Below, in pieces: positions 28,934 through 38,143 of a stretch of DNA of 64,000 nt (the first letter of the stretch is position 1; each line of letters begins with the position of its first letter). The notes below the pieces were generated by a model. It ran no database searches and had not been told where the DNA came from. It was given only the letters and a program-made list of their open reading frames with translations. A program made the position numbers and the translations under genes. This DNA is from an uncultured delta proteobacterium (GTDB lineage: Bacteria > Desulfobacterota > RBG-13-43-22): contig CAWJJC010000005.1 in the NCBI GenBank assembly GCA_963843145.1, positions 172,595 through 236,594 of the forward strand. The letters are read 5' to 3'.

Positions 28934-30306
28934 AATCCATACTGGTTGTCGACGATGAGGCCAGCATCCGGGAAATGCTGGAGATCATGCTGGCCAAAGA
29001 GGGGTACCAGGTTACCACGGCCGCCAGCGGAACCGAGGCCCTCCAAAGCTTCAAAAAATACCCCGCCGCGGTGGTCCTGACGGACATCCGGATGCGGCCC
29101 CTCGACGGGTTGGCCCTGTTAAAAGAAATAAAGAACCTCCACCCCCGGACGGAAGTGATCATGATCTCCGCTTACGCCGATACGGAAACCGCTGTGGAGG
29201 CCATGAACGAAGGGGCCTACGACTACTTCCCGAAACCCTTTGATATCGTCGAGCTGAAAACGGTTATCCATAGCGCCTTTTCCAAATATGAGGGGCAGCC
29301 CGAACAGCCGACACCGGCCGGGACGCCCCTTCAATACCAGACCAAGCCCCTGATCGGTCATAGTCCTCAGATAAAGCGGGTGTCCGAATTGATTCAGCGA
29401 TCCTCCCAGGTAGTCAGCAACGTCCTGATCACCGGGGAAAGCGGCACCGGCAAGGAATTGGTAGCCCACTTGATCCACGAAAACAGCCAGCGCCGCGAAT
29501 TTCCTTTTGTCACCGTTTCTTGCGCCGGGATCCCGGAAACCCTGATCGAAAGCGAACTTTTCGGTTATCGCAAAGGGGCTTTTACCGGCGCCCAGACCAA
29601 CAAAATCGGATTGGTGGAAACAGCCCACCGGGGTACCCTTTTCCTGGACGAAATCGGGGAACTTTCGCCCACCATGCAGGTGAAACTATTACGGCTCCTC
29701 CAGGAAAAAAGCTTCACTCCCCTGGGCGGAACCGATGAGCGCTTGGTGGATATCCGTTTTATTTTGGCCACCAATAGAAACCTGGAAAAGGAAGTTATGG
29801 AAGGACGTTTTCGGGAAGATCTCTTTTACCGGATCAACGTGGTTTCCATCCAGCTCCCGTCGCTTCGGGAAAGACCGGAAGATATTCCCCTCCTGGCCCA
29901 CCAGTTTCTGGAAAACTATTCCCGGTCCTTAGGTAAAAAGATCAATAAAATCTCCTCCTATGCCCTGAAAGTTTTAAGTCAGTATCCCTTCCCCGGAAAC
30001 GTCCGGGAACTGGAGAATATTATCGAAAGGTCGGTGGCCATGGAACGTTCCACCATCGTCCTTCCGGAAAGCCTGGCCCTGGCCACCTTCAAAGGAGTGA
30101 TCGCCTCCACCGGGGAACTCCCGCAGATCACCCTGCCGGGAGAAGGCCTGGATCTCGACCAAACCATGGATAAAATAGAAAAAAATCTAATTATCCAAGC
30201 CTTAAAGCGGGCACTGGGCAATAAGCAGCGGACCGCCAATCTATTGAAAATCAACCTTCGCTCGCTGCGCTATCGAATGATCAAACACGGATTGGAACAG
30301 GAATAA
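28930..30306 (+). CDS. Sigma-54-dependent response regulator (NtrC family, PilR-like)
   Basis: REC (VDDE..TDIRM), GESGTGKE, ESELFG..GAFTGA, FLDEIGE, FPGNVRELEN, Fis-type HTH (LRYRM). Confidence 0.92.
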   Translation: MKSILVVDDEASIREMLEIMLAKEGYQVTTAASGTEALQSFKKYPAAVVLTDIRMRPLDGLALLKEIKNLHPRTEVIMISAYADTETAVEAMNEGAYDYFPKPFDIVELKTVIHSAFSKYEGQPEQPTPAGTPLQYQTKPLIGHSPQIKRVSELIQRSSQVVSNVLITGESGTGKELVAHLIHENSQRREFPFVTVSCAGIPETLIESELFGYRKGAFTGAQTNKIGLVETAHRGTLFLDEIGELSPTMQVKLLRLLQEKSFTPLGGTDERLVDIRFILATNRNLEKEVMEGRFREDLFYRINVVSIQLPSLRERPEDIPLLAHQFLENYSRSLGKKINKISSYALKVLSQYPFPGNVRELENIIERSVAMERSTIVLPESLALATFKGVIASTGELPQITLPGEGLDLDQTMDKIEKNLIIQALKRALGNKQRTANLLKINLRSLRYRMIKHGLEQE

Positions 30307-30420
30307 ATAAGGGTTGCCCGGTGGTGATCCCCTATAAGGGGTATGGGCGACGGGTCTCGCCGGAAGGGCTTTTCAAAGATACTCCGGACTTCGAATCCTG
30401 GCCTATCTTACTAATATTAT

Positions 30421-30993
30421 ATGAAAATGGAATCATTCATCAAAAAATATAAGCGCTCGATTACTATCCTCCTCCTGGTCGGACTGGCTTTCGGACTGGG
30501 ACTAACCTGGCGCTGGCTGGAGGGGACCCCCCAATACGCCTTATATCGGATTGGGTCCAGTTTAAAAAACCGCGATTCTGAAACCTTTTTATCGTATATT
30601 GATCTGGATAGCATTCTTAAGCAGCAGGTGGCTGATTCTTTTTCCACCCTGTTCAAATCCTCCAATTCAGACAGCCCCCTGGGGAAGTTATTAGGGCCCC
30701 TGGGGGAGTTTAGTATCACCTTGATTCCCGGGGTCCAGAGCGGGTTGTCCGGCCTGGCTCGGCAGGAACTGGAAAAATATCTAAAAAACCCGAATAACCC
30801 CACCCTGCCCTCGGCTTTTTTGCTGCTTTCCGCAGCTCAATTCAATACCCGGGATGACCTCTCGTTAGTAACCTTGAAAAAGGAGGGTGATCAGCTTCGG
30901 ATGGCCATGCGCAAGACCGGCGGGACTTGGCGGGTGATTGAATTTAATCCCGAGGATACCCAGCGGTTGATCAGGAAGTATCTACTTCATTGA
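30421..30993 (+). CDS. Membrane-anchored hypothetical protein (DUF2939-like)
   Basis: N-terminal TM followed by TPQYALYRI..RDSETFLSYIDLDSI. Confidence 0.65.
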   Translation: MKMESFIKKYKRSITILLLVGLAFGLGLTWRWLEGTPQYALYRIGSSLKNRDSETFLSYIDLDSILKQQVADSFSTLFKSSNSDSPLGKLLGPLGEFSITLIPGVQSGLSGLARQELEKYLKNPNNPTLPSAFLLLSAAQFNTRDDLSLVTLKKEGDQLRMAMRKTGGTWRVIEFNPEDTQRLIRKYLLH

Positions 30994-31042
30994 GTCCGAA
31001 CTTAAAGCCGGCCCTTACTCCTTCATAACCCTCTATTCTAAG

Positions 31043-31762
31043 ATGCGACCTCTTGCCGAATATATAGAGAATCCTCAGGCGATCATTGCTTTTCTGGAAA
31101 AATTACGTAAATCCATCATCCAGATGGCGGTCGTCGTCCTGGGCTTCTCTCTGATCGGGTACGTGTTTTCTAAGGAAATCCTGTCCTTTCTCCAGCGGCA
31201 CACCGGGGTGACCCTGGCTTACTATGCCCTGTCCGAGACTTTTTTCGCACTTTTGAGTATCGCCCTGGCCGTCAGCCTGGCGGTCAGCACGCCCTTTATT
31301 CTCTTTAAGGTCTTGTCCGCCCTGCACGCCACCTTCGAGAATTTCACCAGGACCATGATGTTCAGCTTCTGGCTGGGCTCGGTTTTATTATTTTACCTGG
31401 GCGCATCTTTTTGCCTTTGGATTACCTTGCCCTACGGGACTAAATTTCTCTTGGGTTTTCAAAACCAGAACCTGGAAGCCATCATCTCGGTTCGAAAATT
31501 TATCTCTTTCTGTCTCACTTTTATCTTCGGCTTCGGAGTCATGTTTGAGTTGCCCTTGGTCATGATCCTCTTGGGCCGAGTCGGACTAGTCAAACGGTCG
31601 GTCTTTACCCGCTACCGAAGCTATGCCGTCCTAATCATCGCCATCATTTCGGCCGTTTTAACCCCCACGCCGGATGCCTTCAACATGATGCTGATGGCCG
31701 TCCCTTTGTATATCCTTTTTGAAATCGGGATTATCGGCATGAGGATCTGGGAGAGAAGTTGA
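31043..31762 (+). CDS. tatC: Divergent TatC-family membrane protein
   Basis: Six hydrophobic segments; FGVMFELP, SAVLTPTPD and PLYILFE retained; N-terminal motifs degenerate. Confidence 0.85.
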   Translation: MRPLAEYIENPQAIIAFLEKLRKSIIQMAVVVLGFSLIGYVFSKEILSFLQRHTGVTLAYYALSETFFALLSIALAVSLAVSTPFILFKVLSALHATFENFTRTMMFSFWLGSVLLFYLGASFCLWITLPYGTKFLLGFQNQNLEAIISVRKFISFCLTFIFGFGVMFELPLVMILLGRVGLVKRSVFTRYRSYAVLIIAIISAVLTPTPDAFNMMLMAVPLYILFEIGIIGMRIWERS

Positions 31763-31796
31763 CAGGCAGGCCGGCAATATGGTAAACAATCAATAT

Positions 31797-31884
31797 GGAG
31801 GGATGGCCGAGGGGTTTAAGGCGGCGGTCTTGAAAACCGCTTTCCTTCCGGGGAACGGGGGTTCGAATCCCTCTCCCTCCGCCA
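31797..31884 (+). tRNA. tRNA-Ser(UGA)
   Basis: Acceptor GGAGGGA/TCCCTCC, anticodon arm GCGGT-CT TGA AA-ACCGC, long variable arm, GTTCGAATC, 3' GCCA. Confidence 0.96.
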
Positions 31885-32088
31885 TTCGCGCCGGTATCAC
31901 CCCCCCCTTCATGCCCAGGGCGGGCACCCGCGAAGCATGAGAATAAGGGGAAGGGGAGTCTTTGGCTTAAGCCTTAACTTAACAATTAGTCATTAACAAT
32001 TGATTATTGACCGGTTTTTTTTCAAAGGCAGTCTCTACATCGGGCCTAATAATTAACAATCAATTGTTAATTATCAACTATTAATAAT

Positions 32089-32181
32089 GGAGAGATGACC
32101 GAGTCGGCTGAAGGTGCTCGCCTGCTAAGCGAGTGTAGGGGGAAACCTCTACCGAGGGTTCGAATCCCTCTCTCTCCGCCA
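32089..32181 (+). tRNA. tRNA-Ser(GCU)
   Basis: Acceptor GGAGAGA/TCTCTCC, anticodon arm CTCGC-CT GCT AA-GCGAG, long variable arm, GTTCGAATC, 3' GCCA. Confidence 0.97.
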
Positions 32182-32253
32182 TCCTTAACTTCCAACGATC
32201 GACACTAGGCAATCCACCGCAGACCAAGGAACTATTCTGGCAGCTCTGGCTGA

Positions 32254-32286
32254 GTCCTGACGGAATCGCGAGGGGTCCGTCAGGAC
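32254..32286. terminator. Hairpin between tRNA-Ser and convergent bamD
   Basis: 11-bp stem GTCCTGACGGA...TCCGTCAGGAC; no immediately adjacent U tract. Confidence 0.5.
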
Positions 32287-32305
32287 GGACGGTTGATCGT
32301 TTTTT

Positions 32306-33001
32306 TTACTTGAGGCTTTTTACTTTTTCCCGGCAGGCTTGCAGGTAAGATTGCAGCTTAGGTGGGTGGGGAGTCTGGGGATATTTATTAATAATACCCT
32401 CGAAACGTCCCAAGGCGGCCCGATAATCACCCTTTTTCAGGTAGAATTCCCCTATATAAAATTCATGGGCCACAATATTCTTTTGGGCCTCTTCCCGGTT
32501 AATCTTGGCCTGGGTGACATATTCACTTTGCGCATGGTTTTTGATGAAGCGGTCAAACTCCTGAACGGCTAATAGGGCCTTCGATTGGTCCCGGTCAATA
32601 GTGGGCATCTGTTTAAAATAGCTCATGCCCTGCATGAAGACCACATAGGCGATCACCTCATTGGTGGGATGCATCCTTTCAAATTCCTTGTAACTGGTGG
32701 CCGCTAACTCGTAGTCCTTGTTGAGATAGTAGCTGTCCGCCAATTTCAATTCGGAGAGAACGGCGTATTGACTATAGGGAAACCGGTCTTTTATTTTTTG
32801 AAAGGCTTCGGTCGCCCGCTCGTATTTTTTCAACTGATAGGCATCCAGCCCTTCTTGGATCAAGGCATCCGCGCTCTGCTCGGTATCCTCCTTGGTGGAA
32901 CTGGAAAACCAGCCGCACCCTCCGGCCGACAAAAGATAAAAACCAACCGCCAGTAAAATGAATCCGCGCCTTCCGCCAAAATAAAAAAGATTCTTTTTCA
33001 T
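32306..33001 (-). CDS. bamD: Outer membrane protein assembly lipoprotein BamD
   Basis: Lipobox-like AGGC, FPYSQYA, HPTNE, DRDQS, HEFYIGEFY..AALGRF. Confidence 0.92.
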   Translation of the reverse strand: MKKNLFYFGGRRGFILLAVGFYLLSAGGCGWFSSSTKEDTEQSADALIQEGLDAYQLKKYERATEAFQKIKDRFPYSQYAVLSELKLADSYYLNKDYELAATSYKEFERMHPTNEVIAYVVFMQGMSYFKQMPTIDRDQSKALLAVQEFDRFIKNHAQSEYVTQAKINREEAQKNIVAHEFYIGEFYLKKGDYRAALGRFEGIINKYPQTPHPPKLQSYLQACREKVKSLK

Positions 33002-33921
33002 AAGGAACTCAGATAGTTTTCAACTGCCAGAACCGCCGTGGCCGCATCGCCTACCGCCGTGGAAATCTGCCGAACTAATTTTTGACGCGCATCCCCGGCG
33101 GCAAACACCCCGGGAATGGACGTGGCCATAGTCTGATCGGTTGGAATAAACCCTTGGGAATCCAAAGAGACCGCCCCCCGCAACCAGTGGGTATTCGGTT
33201 GAATCCCCACATAAATGAACGTCCCCTGTACCTTCAGAGTTCGTCCGCCGGAACCATCCGCATTCTTGATACGCAGGGCCTCCACCTGATCCACCCCTTC
33301 GATCGATTCCACCACGTTTTTCCAGATAGGTTCAATCTTAGGATTGGTCAGGGCCTTTTCCTGCAAGACCCGGATGGCCCGCAGTTGGTCGCGCCGATGA
33401 ATCAAATAGACCTTGGTGGCGAAGCGAGTCAAATAGGCGGCTTCCTGAACGGCGCTATCGCCTCCGCCGACTACGGCGATTTCCTGGCCCTGATAAAAAG
33501 GCCCGTCACAGGTGGCACAATAGGAAACCCCCCGGCCGGTCAGCCGCTCCTCCCCGGGGACCCCCAACTTCTTGTACTTGGCCCCGGAGGCAACAATAAC
33601 GGACTGGGCCTGATAGGTTTGATTGGCCCCTTGAATGATTTTTTCCGGACGGCTGAAATCGACCCCGGTGACTTCATCGGAAACGATCGAGAGGCCGAAA
33701 CGTTCAGCCTGTTGCCGCATGCGGTCCACCAAGTCAAAACCGGAAATGCCATCCGGGAAACCGGGGTAATTATCCACCCAATCGGTGGACAAAACCTGCC
33801 CGCCGGGGACCAGTTTCTCGATCATCAAGGTTTTTAACTTGGCCCGACAGGCATAGAGACCGGCGGTCATCCCTGCGGGTCCTCCACCAATAATAATAAC
33901 CTCGTGCATCGAAATCCCCAA
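32998..33921 (-). CDS. trxB: Thioredoxin-disulfide reductase
   Basis: GGGPAG, NYPGF, GVSYCATCDG, GGGDSA, HRRD, GVFAAGD. Confidence 0.97.
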   Translation of the reverse strand: MGISMHEVIIIGGGPAGMTAGLYACRAKLKTLMIEKLVPGGQVLSTDWVDNYPGFPDGISGFDLVDRMRQQAERFGLSIVSDEVTGVDFSRPEKIIQGANQTYQAQSVIVASGAKYKKLGVPGEERLTGRGVSYCATCDGPFYQGQEIAVVGGGDSAVQEAAYLTRFATKVYLIHRRDQLRAIRVLQEKALTNPKIEPIWKNVVESIEGVDQVEALRIKNADGSGGRTLKVQGTFIYVGIQPNTHWLRGAVSLDSQGFIPTDQTMATSIPGVFAAGDARQKLVRQISTAVGDAATAVLAVENYLSSL

Positions 33922-33967
33922 CCCGGTTAAATTAAAATAGATAAGCAGCTAAACGCCCGGTCAGGGG

Positions 33968-34297
33968 CTACAAAACTTTCTTTATGGCGGTCTCCAAGGT
34001 CGTTTTGGATACCGCTCCGGTAATCTGCTCGGCCACGGTACCGTTTTTGAACAGGATCAGCGTGGGGATGGCCCGGATACCGTATTGACCCGGTATTTTC
34101 GGATTTTCATCCACATTGCATTTCCCGATCTTAATCTGGCCTTCATATTGGCCGGCCAGTTCCTCGACCACCGGCGCAATGGCGCGGCAAGGACCGCACC
34201 AAGCCGCCCAGAAATCCACCAAAGCCGGAACGGCGGCATCTAATATTTCGATTTTGAAATTTTCATCGGTCACATCGGTAATATTTTTATCGGCCAT
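33968..34297 (-). CDS. trxA: Thioredoxin
   Basis: [21 protein letters not shown]. Confidence 0.97.
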   Translation of the reverse strand: MADKNITDVTDENFKIEILDAAVPALVDFWAAWCGPCRAIAPVVEELAGQYEGQIKIGKCNVDENPKIPGQYGIRAIPTLILFKNGTVAEQITGAVSKTTLETAIKKVL

Positions 34298-34378
34298 ACG
34301 ATCTCCCTCCTTGCCTTTCTGAATTATTTGGACGGTTCAGTTGGCGGGCACCAACTGAACCGTCCAAATAATTTAGAA

Positions 34379-34407
34379 ATTTTAATCCCCTTTCCTTTAT
34401 TTGTCAA
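34379..34407 (-). promoter_or_regulatory. Sigma-70-type promoter of trxA-trxB-bamD
   Basis: Minus strand TTGACA-17 bp-TAAAAT. Confidence 0.7.
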
Positions 34408-34553
34408 TAGTCCCCTTTTTTCTCTCGAAGAGAATTCGATCCGGGGTATTCCGCGGAATTATGGGGATTTGACAATTCTTGTTGACAAATCTAAAAAATA
34501 TAATATACTTATTTGTTTACGTATCTTAAATTCTTTTAAAAGCGTCAAAGAAA

Positions 34554-35591
34554 ATGACCAATCGTTACCAGGAAGCCGGGGTGGATATCACCCGGGGGAA
34601 CGCCTTTGTGGACCGGATTAAGCCCCTGATCCGTAAAACCTTCACCCCGGGGGTGATTACCGACATCGGCGGTTTCGGGGGACTGTTTCGATTGGAGACC
34701 TCGGCTTTTCAAAGGCCGGTACTGGTATCTTCAACCGATGGCGTGGGCACCAAACTAAAGATCGCCCAAGGGCTCAATCAGCATCAGACCATAGGCCTTG
34801 ACCTGGTAGCCATGTGCGTGAATGATATCATCGTCCAGGGGGCGACCCCTCTTTTTTTCCTGGACTACCTGGCCACGGGAACAATGGATTTGGACACGCT
34901 CACGGCCGTTGTCGAGGGCATTGTCGAGGGTTGTCGCCAGGCGGAATGCGCCTTGATCGGAGGAGAAACGGCGGAGATGCCCGGACTCTACGCGCCGGAG
35001 GAATACGATTTAGCCGGATTTGTGGTGGGTATTGTGGACCAGGATCGACTGATCGACGGGAGTCGAATACAGCCTGGGAACCGACTGATCGGACTGGCCT
35101 CCAACGGACTGCATAGCAATGGTTTTTCCCTGGTCCGGAAAGTTTTTTTCACGGATCAGCAGTTCGATCCCCAACAGGTTCTGCCGGAATTAGGCCTCCC
35201 CTTGGGCGAAGAACTGCTGAAGCCCACCCGGATATACGTCAAGTCTATCGTCTCGCTGCTAAAAAAATATCCCCTCAACGGTTTGGCCCACATTACCGGG
35301 GGCGGAATCATAGAAAATTTGCCCCGAATCTTGCCCGATCACTGCCAGGCCCGGATTCAGGGCGACAGTTGGGACATCCCTCCCATTTTTCCCCTGCTGA
35401 AAAAACTGGGGGCGGTCTCGGAGGAAGAGATGTGGCGGGTTTTTAACAACGGACTGGGGATGATCTTAGTCGTTTCGGCTGAACAGACCCTTTCGATCCA
35501 AGAGGAATTGTTCCGACTGGGGGAAAAGACTTTCCTGATCGGTGAAATCATTGCCCGGCCCGAATCGGGACCGGCGGTTCTAATTGATTAA
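34554..35591 (+). CDS. purM: Phosphoribosylformylglycinamidine cyclo-ligase
   Basis: YQEAGVD, TDGVGTK, AMCVND, GGETAEMP, HSNGFS, HITGGG. Confidence 0.97.
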   Translation: MTNRYQEAGVDITRGNAFVDRIKPLIRKTFTPGVITDIGGFGGLFRLETSAFQRPVLVSSTDGVGTKLKIAQGLNQHQTIGLDLVAMCVNDIIVQGATPLFFLDYLATGTMDLDTLTAVVEGIVEGCRQAECALIGGETAEMPGLYAPEEYDLAGFVVGIVDQDRLIDGSRIQPGNRLIGLASNGLHSNGFSLVRKVFFTDQQFDPQQVLPELGLPLGEELLKPTRIYVKSIVSLLKKYPLNGLAHITGGGIIENLPRILPDHCQARIQGDSWDIPPIFPLLKKLGAVSEEEMWRVFNNGLGMILVVSAEQTLSIQEELFRLGEKTFLIGEIIARPESGPAVLID

Positions 35592-35615
35592 TTTTTTCAA
35601 AAAAGGAGTTATCCA

Positions 35616-35807
35616 ATGGCCAAAGTTTGTGCGGTATGCGGTAAAGGATCACAGATCGGGCATAATGTCAGCCATGCCAATAATAAAACCTTCAAACTCT
35701 GGAGTCCGAACCTGCAGCGGATTAAGACGGTCTATCAGGGTACGGTCAGGCGGATCCAGGTCTGTACCCGCTGCCTCCGGTCAGGCAGGGTAATTCGGGC
35801 CTCGTAA
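35616..35807 (+). CDS. rpmB: 50S ribosomal protein L28 (four-Cys form)
   Basis: [30 protein letters not shown]. Confidence 0.96.
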   Translation: MAKVCAVCGKGSQIGHNVSHANNKTFKLWSPNLQRIKTVYQGTVRRIQVCTRCLRSGRVIRAS

Positions 35808-35885
35808 CCCTAGCCAAAAATATTTGAAATATTTTTGGCTATAATAAAAACCACTGCCACAGATTTAAAGATAGCCAACCCCGGA

Positions 35886-38027
35886 TCAATGATAAACCCG
35901 GGTAACCTGAAGGACCCCTTTGATCTTTTTAATACCGGAAAGGACCTTTTGCAGGTGCCGGGCATCGACCACCTCAATGGTAAAATTGTAAAAAGCTTTT
36001 TTGTCCAGCGTGGTATAGGCCTCGGCTTTTAAGATGTTCGATTCCGCGGAAGTTATCGCCGTGCTCACCTGCGCCAGCATCCCCTTGTCGTCGGTTGAAG
36101 AAATTTCCACTTTTACCGGGTAATAGGCCCCCCGGTCTTTTTCCCAAAGTACTTCTACCAACCTTTCCGGGTCCTCATGTGCGACCCGCGGGCAGGACCG
36201 GCCATGAACCGTTATTCCCCGGCCCCGGGTAATAAAGCCGATGATCGGATCCCCGGGGAGGGGTGCACAGCAACGGCCGAAGCGGATCAGCACGTCATCC
36301 ACTCCCCGTATGACTACCCCTCCGGCGGGTTTGGGTTTTTTGGGTTTTTTAGGGAGTTCTAAGGGGATCTGGTCCGGATCCTTTTCAACCTCCGGTCGTG
36401 GGGCAATCCGGTTGATGATCTGCTTAATGGAAATCTTGCCAAAACCGATGGCCGCCAGCAGGTCCTCCCCTTGTTGAAAAGAAAATTCACGGGCAATTTG
36501 CAACAGGGATTCTTGTTTCATCTGCTGAGAAACGTTCAGGTGCAAACGCCTTAATTCCTTCTCCAGCAAATCTTTTCCGAGAGTGATGCTGCGGGTCCGT
36601 TCTTCGTTCTTGACCCACTGCCTAATCTTTGACCTAGCCCGGGAGGTCTTGGCGACCTTGAGCCAGTCTTTGCTCGGTTTACGTTTGGCCGAGGTAATAA
36701 TTTCCACAATATCGCCGTGCCGCAAGGTGAACCGCAGAGGCACCATCTTGTTGTTGACCCGGGCCCCGGTGCAGCGATGGCCCACATCGGTGTGGATGGC
36801 GTAAGCGAAGTCAATGGGGGTGGCTCCTTTGGGCAGGGTCTTAACCTCACCGCGGGGGGTGAAGACGTAGACTTCGTCAGGGAAAAGATCCACCCGCAGG
36901 GTTTCTAAAAATTCCTTGGCATCCGGATATTCTTTTTGGGATTCCAGCAGTTGGCGGACCCAGGAGAATTTTTTCGCGTCGGTTTCATCCAGGCGGCCCT
37001 CTTTATACTGCCAGTGAGAGGCGATGCCCTCCTCGGCCACTCGGTGCATCTCAGCAGTCCGGATCTGAACCTCAATGCGTTCCCCGTAGGGACCAATGAC
37101 CTTGGTGTGAAGGGATTGATAGTGATTGGCCTTGGGCAGGCTGATATAATCCCGGAATTTCCCGGGAATCGGTTTCCACAAAGCGTGGATGAGACCTAAG
37201 GCTTCAAAGCAGGCGGCCACTTCCGGCACGATTACCCGGAAGGCGATCAGGTCGTAGAGCTGGTCGATTTCCAGGTTCTGGTTGATCATTTTCTGGTAGA
37301 TGCTGTAAAAATGTTTGTGCCGCCCCTCCACCCGGCACTCGAGGTGGGCTGCCTCCATTTTATTTTGAAGGATGGTTTTGACCTCCCGGATATAAGACTC
37401 TCGCTCCTCCCGTTTCTTAGCCACCCCCAGTTTGATTTCCTGGTATTTTTCAGGCTCCAGATAATATAAACAGAGGTCCTCCAGTTCCGTTTGGATGCGG
37501 CGCATCCCCAAGCGGACGGCAATCGGGGCATAGATTTCCAGGGTTTCTCCGGCGATCTTCCGCTGCTTCTCCTGGCTATGAAAACCCAGGGTGCGCATAT
37601 TGTGGAGCCGGTCGGCCAGCTTGACCAGGATTACCCGGATATCGTCCGACATGGCTAAGATCATCTTCCTGAAATTTTCCGCCTGCCGTTCTTCCAGGGT
37701 CTGAAAATGAAAGCTGCTGATTTTGGTCACTCCGTTGACGATGCGGAGGACCTCCGGTCCGAACTGTTCCTTGATCATCTCGGGGGTCGCCAGGGTGTCT
37801 TCCAGGGTGTCGTGCAATAGTCCGGCAGCGATGGTCACCTGATCCATCTTCATTTGGGTCAATATCCAGGCCACTTCCAATGGATGGGAGAGGTAGGACT
37901 CCCCGGAAAGGCGGACCTGCCCCTCGTGAACCTTGGCGGAAAAAACATAGGCCTTTTCAACGAGTTCAATGTTGGCCTGGGGCCAATAAGAAAGGATCTG
38001 ATCGATGATGGTGTTGATGCGGATCAT
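35886..38027 (-). CDS. relA: Bifunctional (p)ppGpp synthetase/hydrolase (Rel/SpoT)
   Basis: HD motif LLHDTLED, KLADRLHNMRT, YQSLHT, EVQIRT, TGS (DFAYAIHT), CC-P and ACT domains. Confidence 0.96.
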   Translation of the reverse strand: MIRINTIIDQILSYWPQANIELVEKAYVFSAKVHEGQVRLSGESYLSHPLEVAWILTQMKMDQVTIAAGLLHDTLEDTLATPEMIKEQFGPEVLRIVNGVTKISSFHFQTLEERQAENFRKMILAMSDDIRVILVKLADRLHNMRTLGFHSQEKQRKIAGETLEIYAPIAVRLGMRRIQTELEDLCLYYLEPEKYQEIKLGVAKKREERESYIREVKTILQNKMEAAHLECRVEGRHKHFYSIYQKMINQNLEIDQLYDLIAFRVIVPEVAACFEALGLIHALWKPIPGKFRDYISLPKANHYQSLHTKVIGPYGERIEVQIRTAEMHRVAEEGIASHWQYKEGRLDETDAKKFSWVRQLLESQKEYPDAKEFLETLRVDLFPDEVYVFTPRGEVKTLPKGATPIDFAYAIHTDVGHRCTGARVNNKMVPLRFTLRHGDIVEIITSAKRKPSKDWLKVAKTSRARSKIRQWVKNEERTRSITLGKDLLEKELRRLHLNVSQQMKQESLLQIAREFSFQQGEDLLAAIGFGKISIKQIINRIAPRPEVEKDPDQIPLELPKKPKKPKPAGGVVIRGVDDVLIRFGRCCAPLPGDPIIGFITRGRGITVHGRSCPRVAHEDPERLVEVLWEKDRGAYYPVKVEISSTDDKGMLAQVSTAITSAESNILKAEAYTTLDKKAFYNFTIEVVDARHLQKVLSGIKKIKGVLQVTRVYH

Positions 38028-38143
38028 GGAGTATTAGTAGAATGAACATTGAACATGAACATCGAACATCGAACGCCCGACATCGAATTAAAGACAACCC
38101 TTCTTTTCAGAACAGGGAGCACCTATTTCTTCATCTCTTCCCG

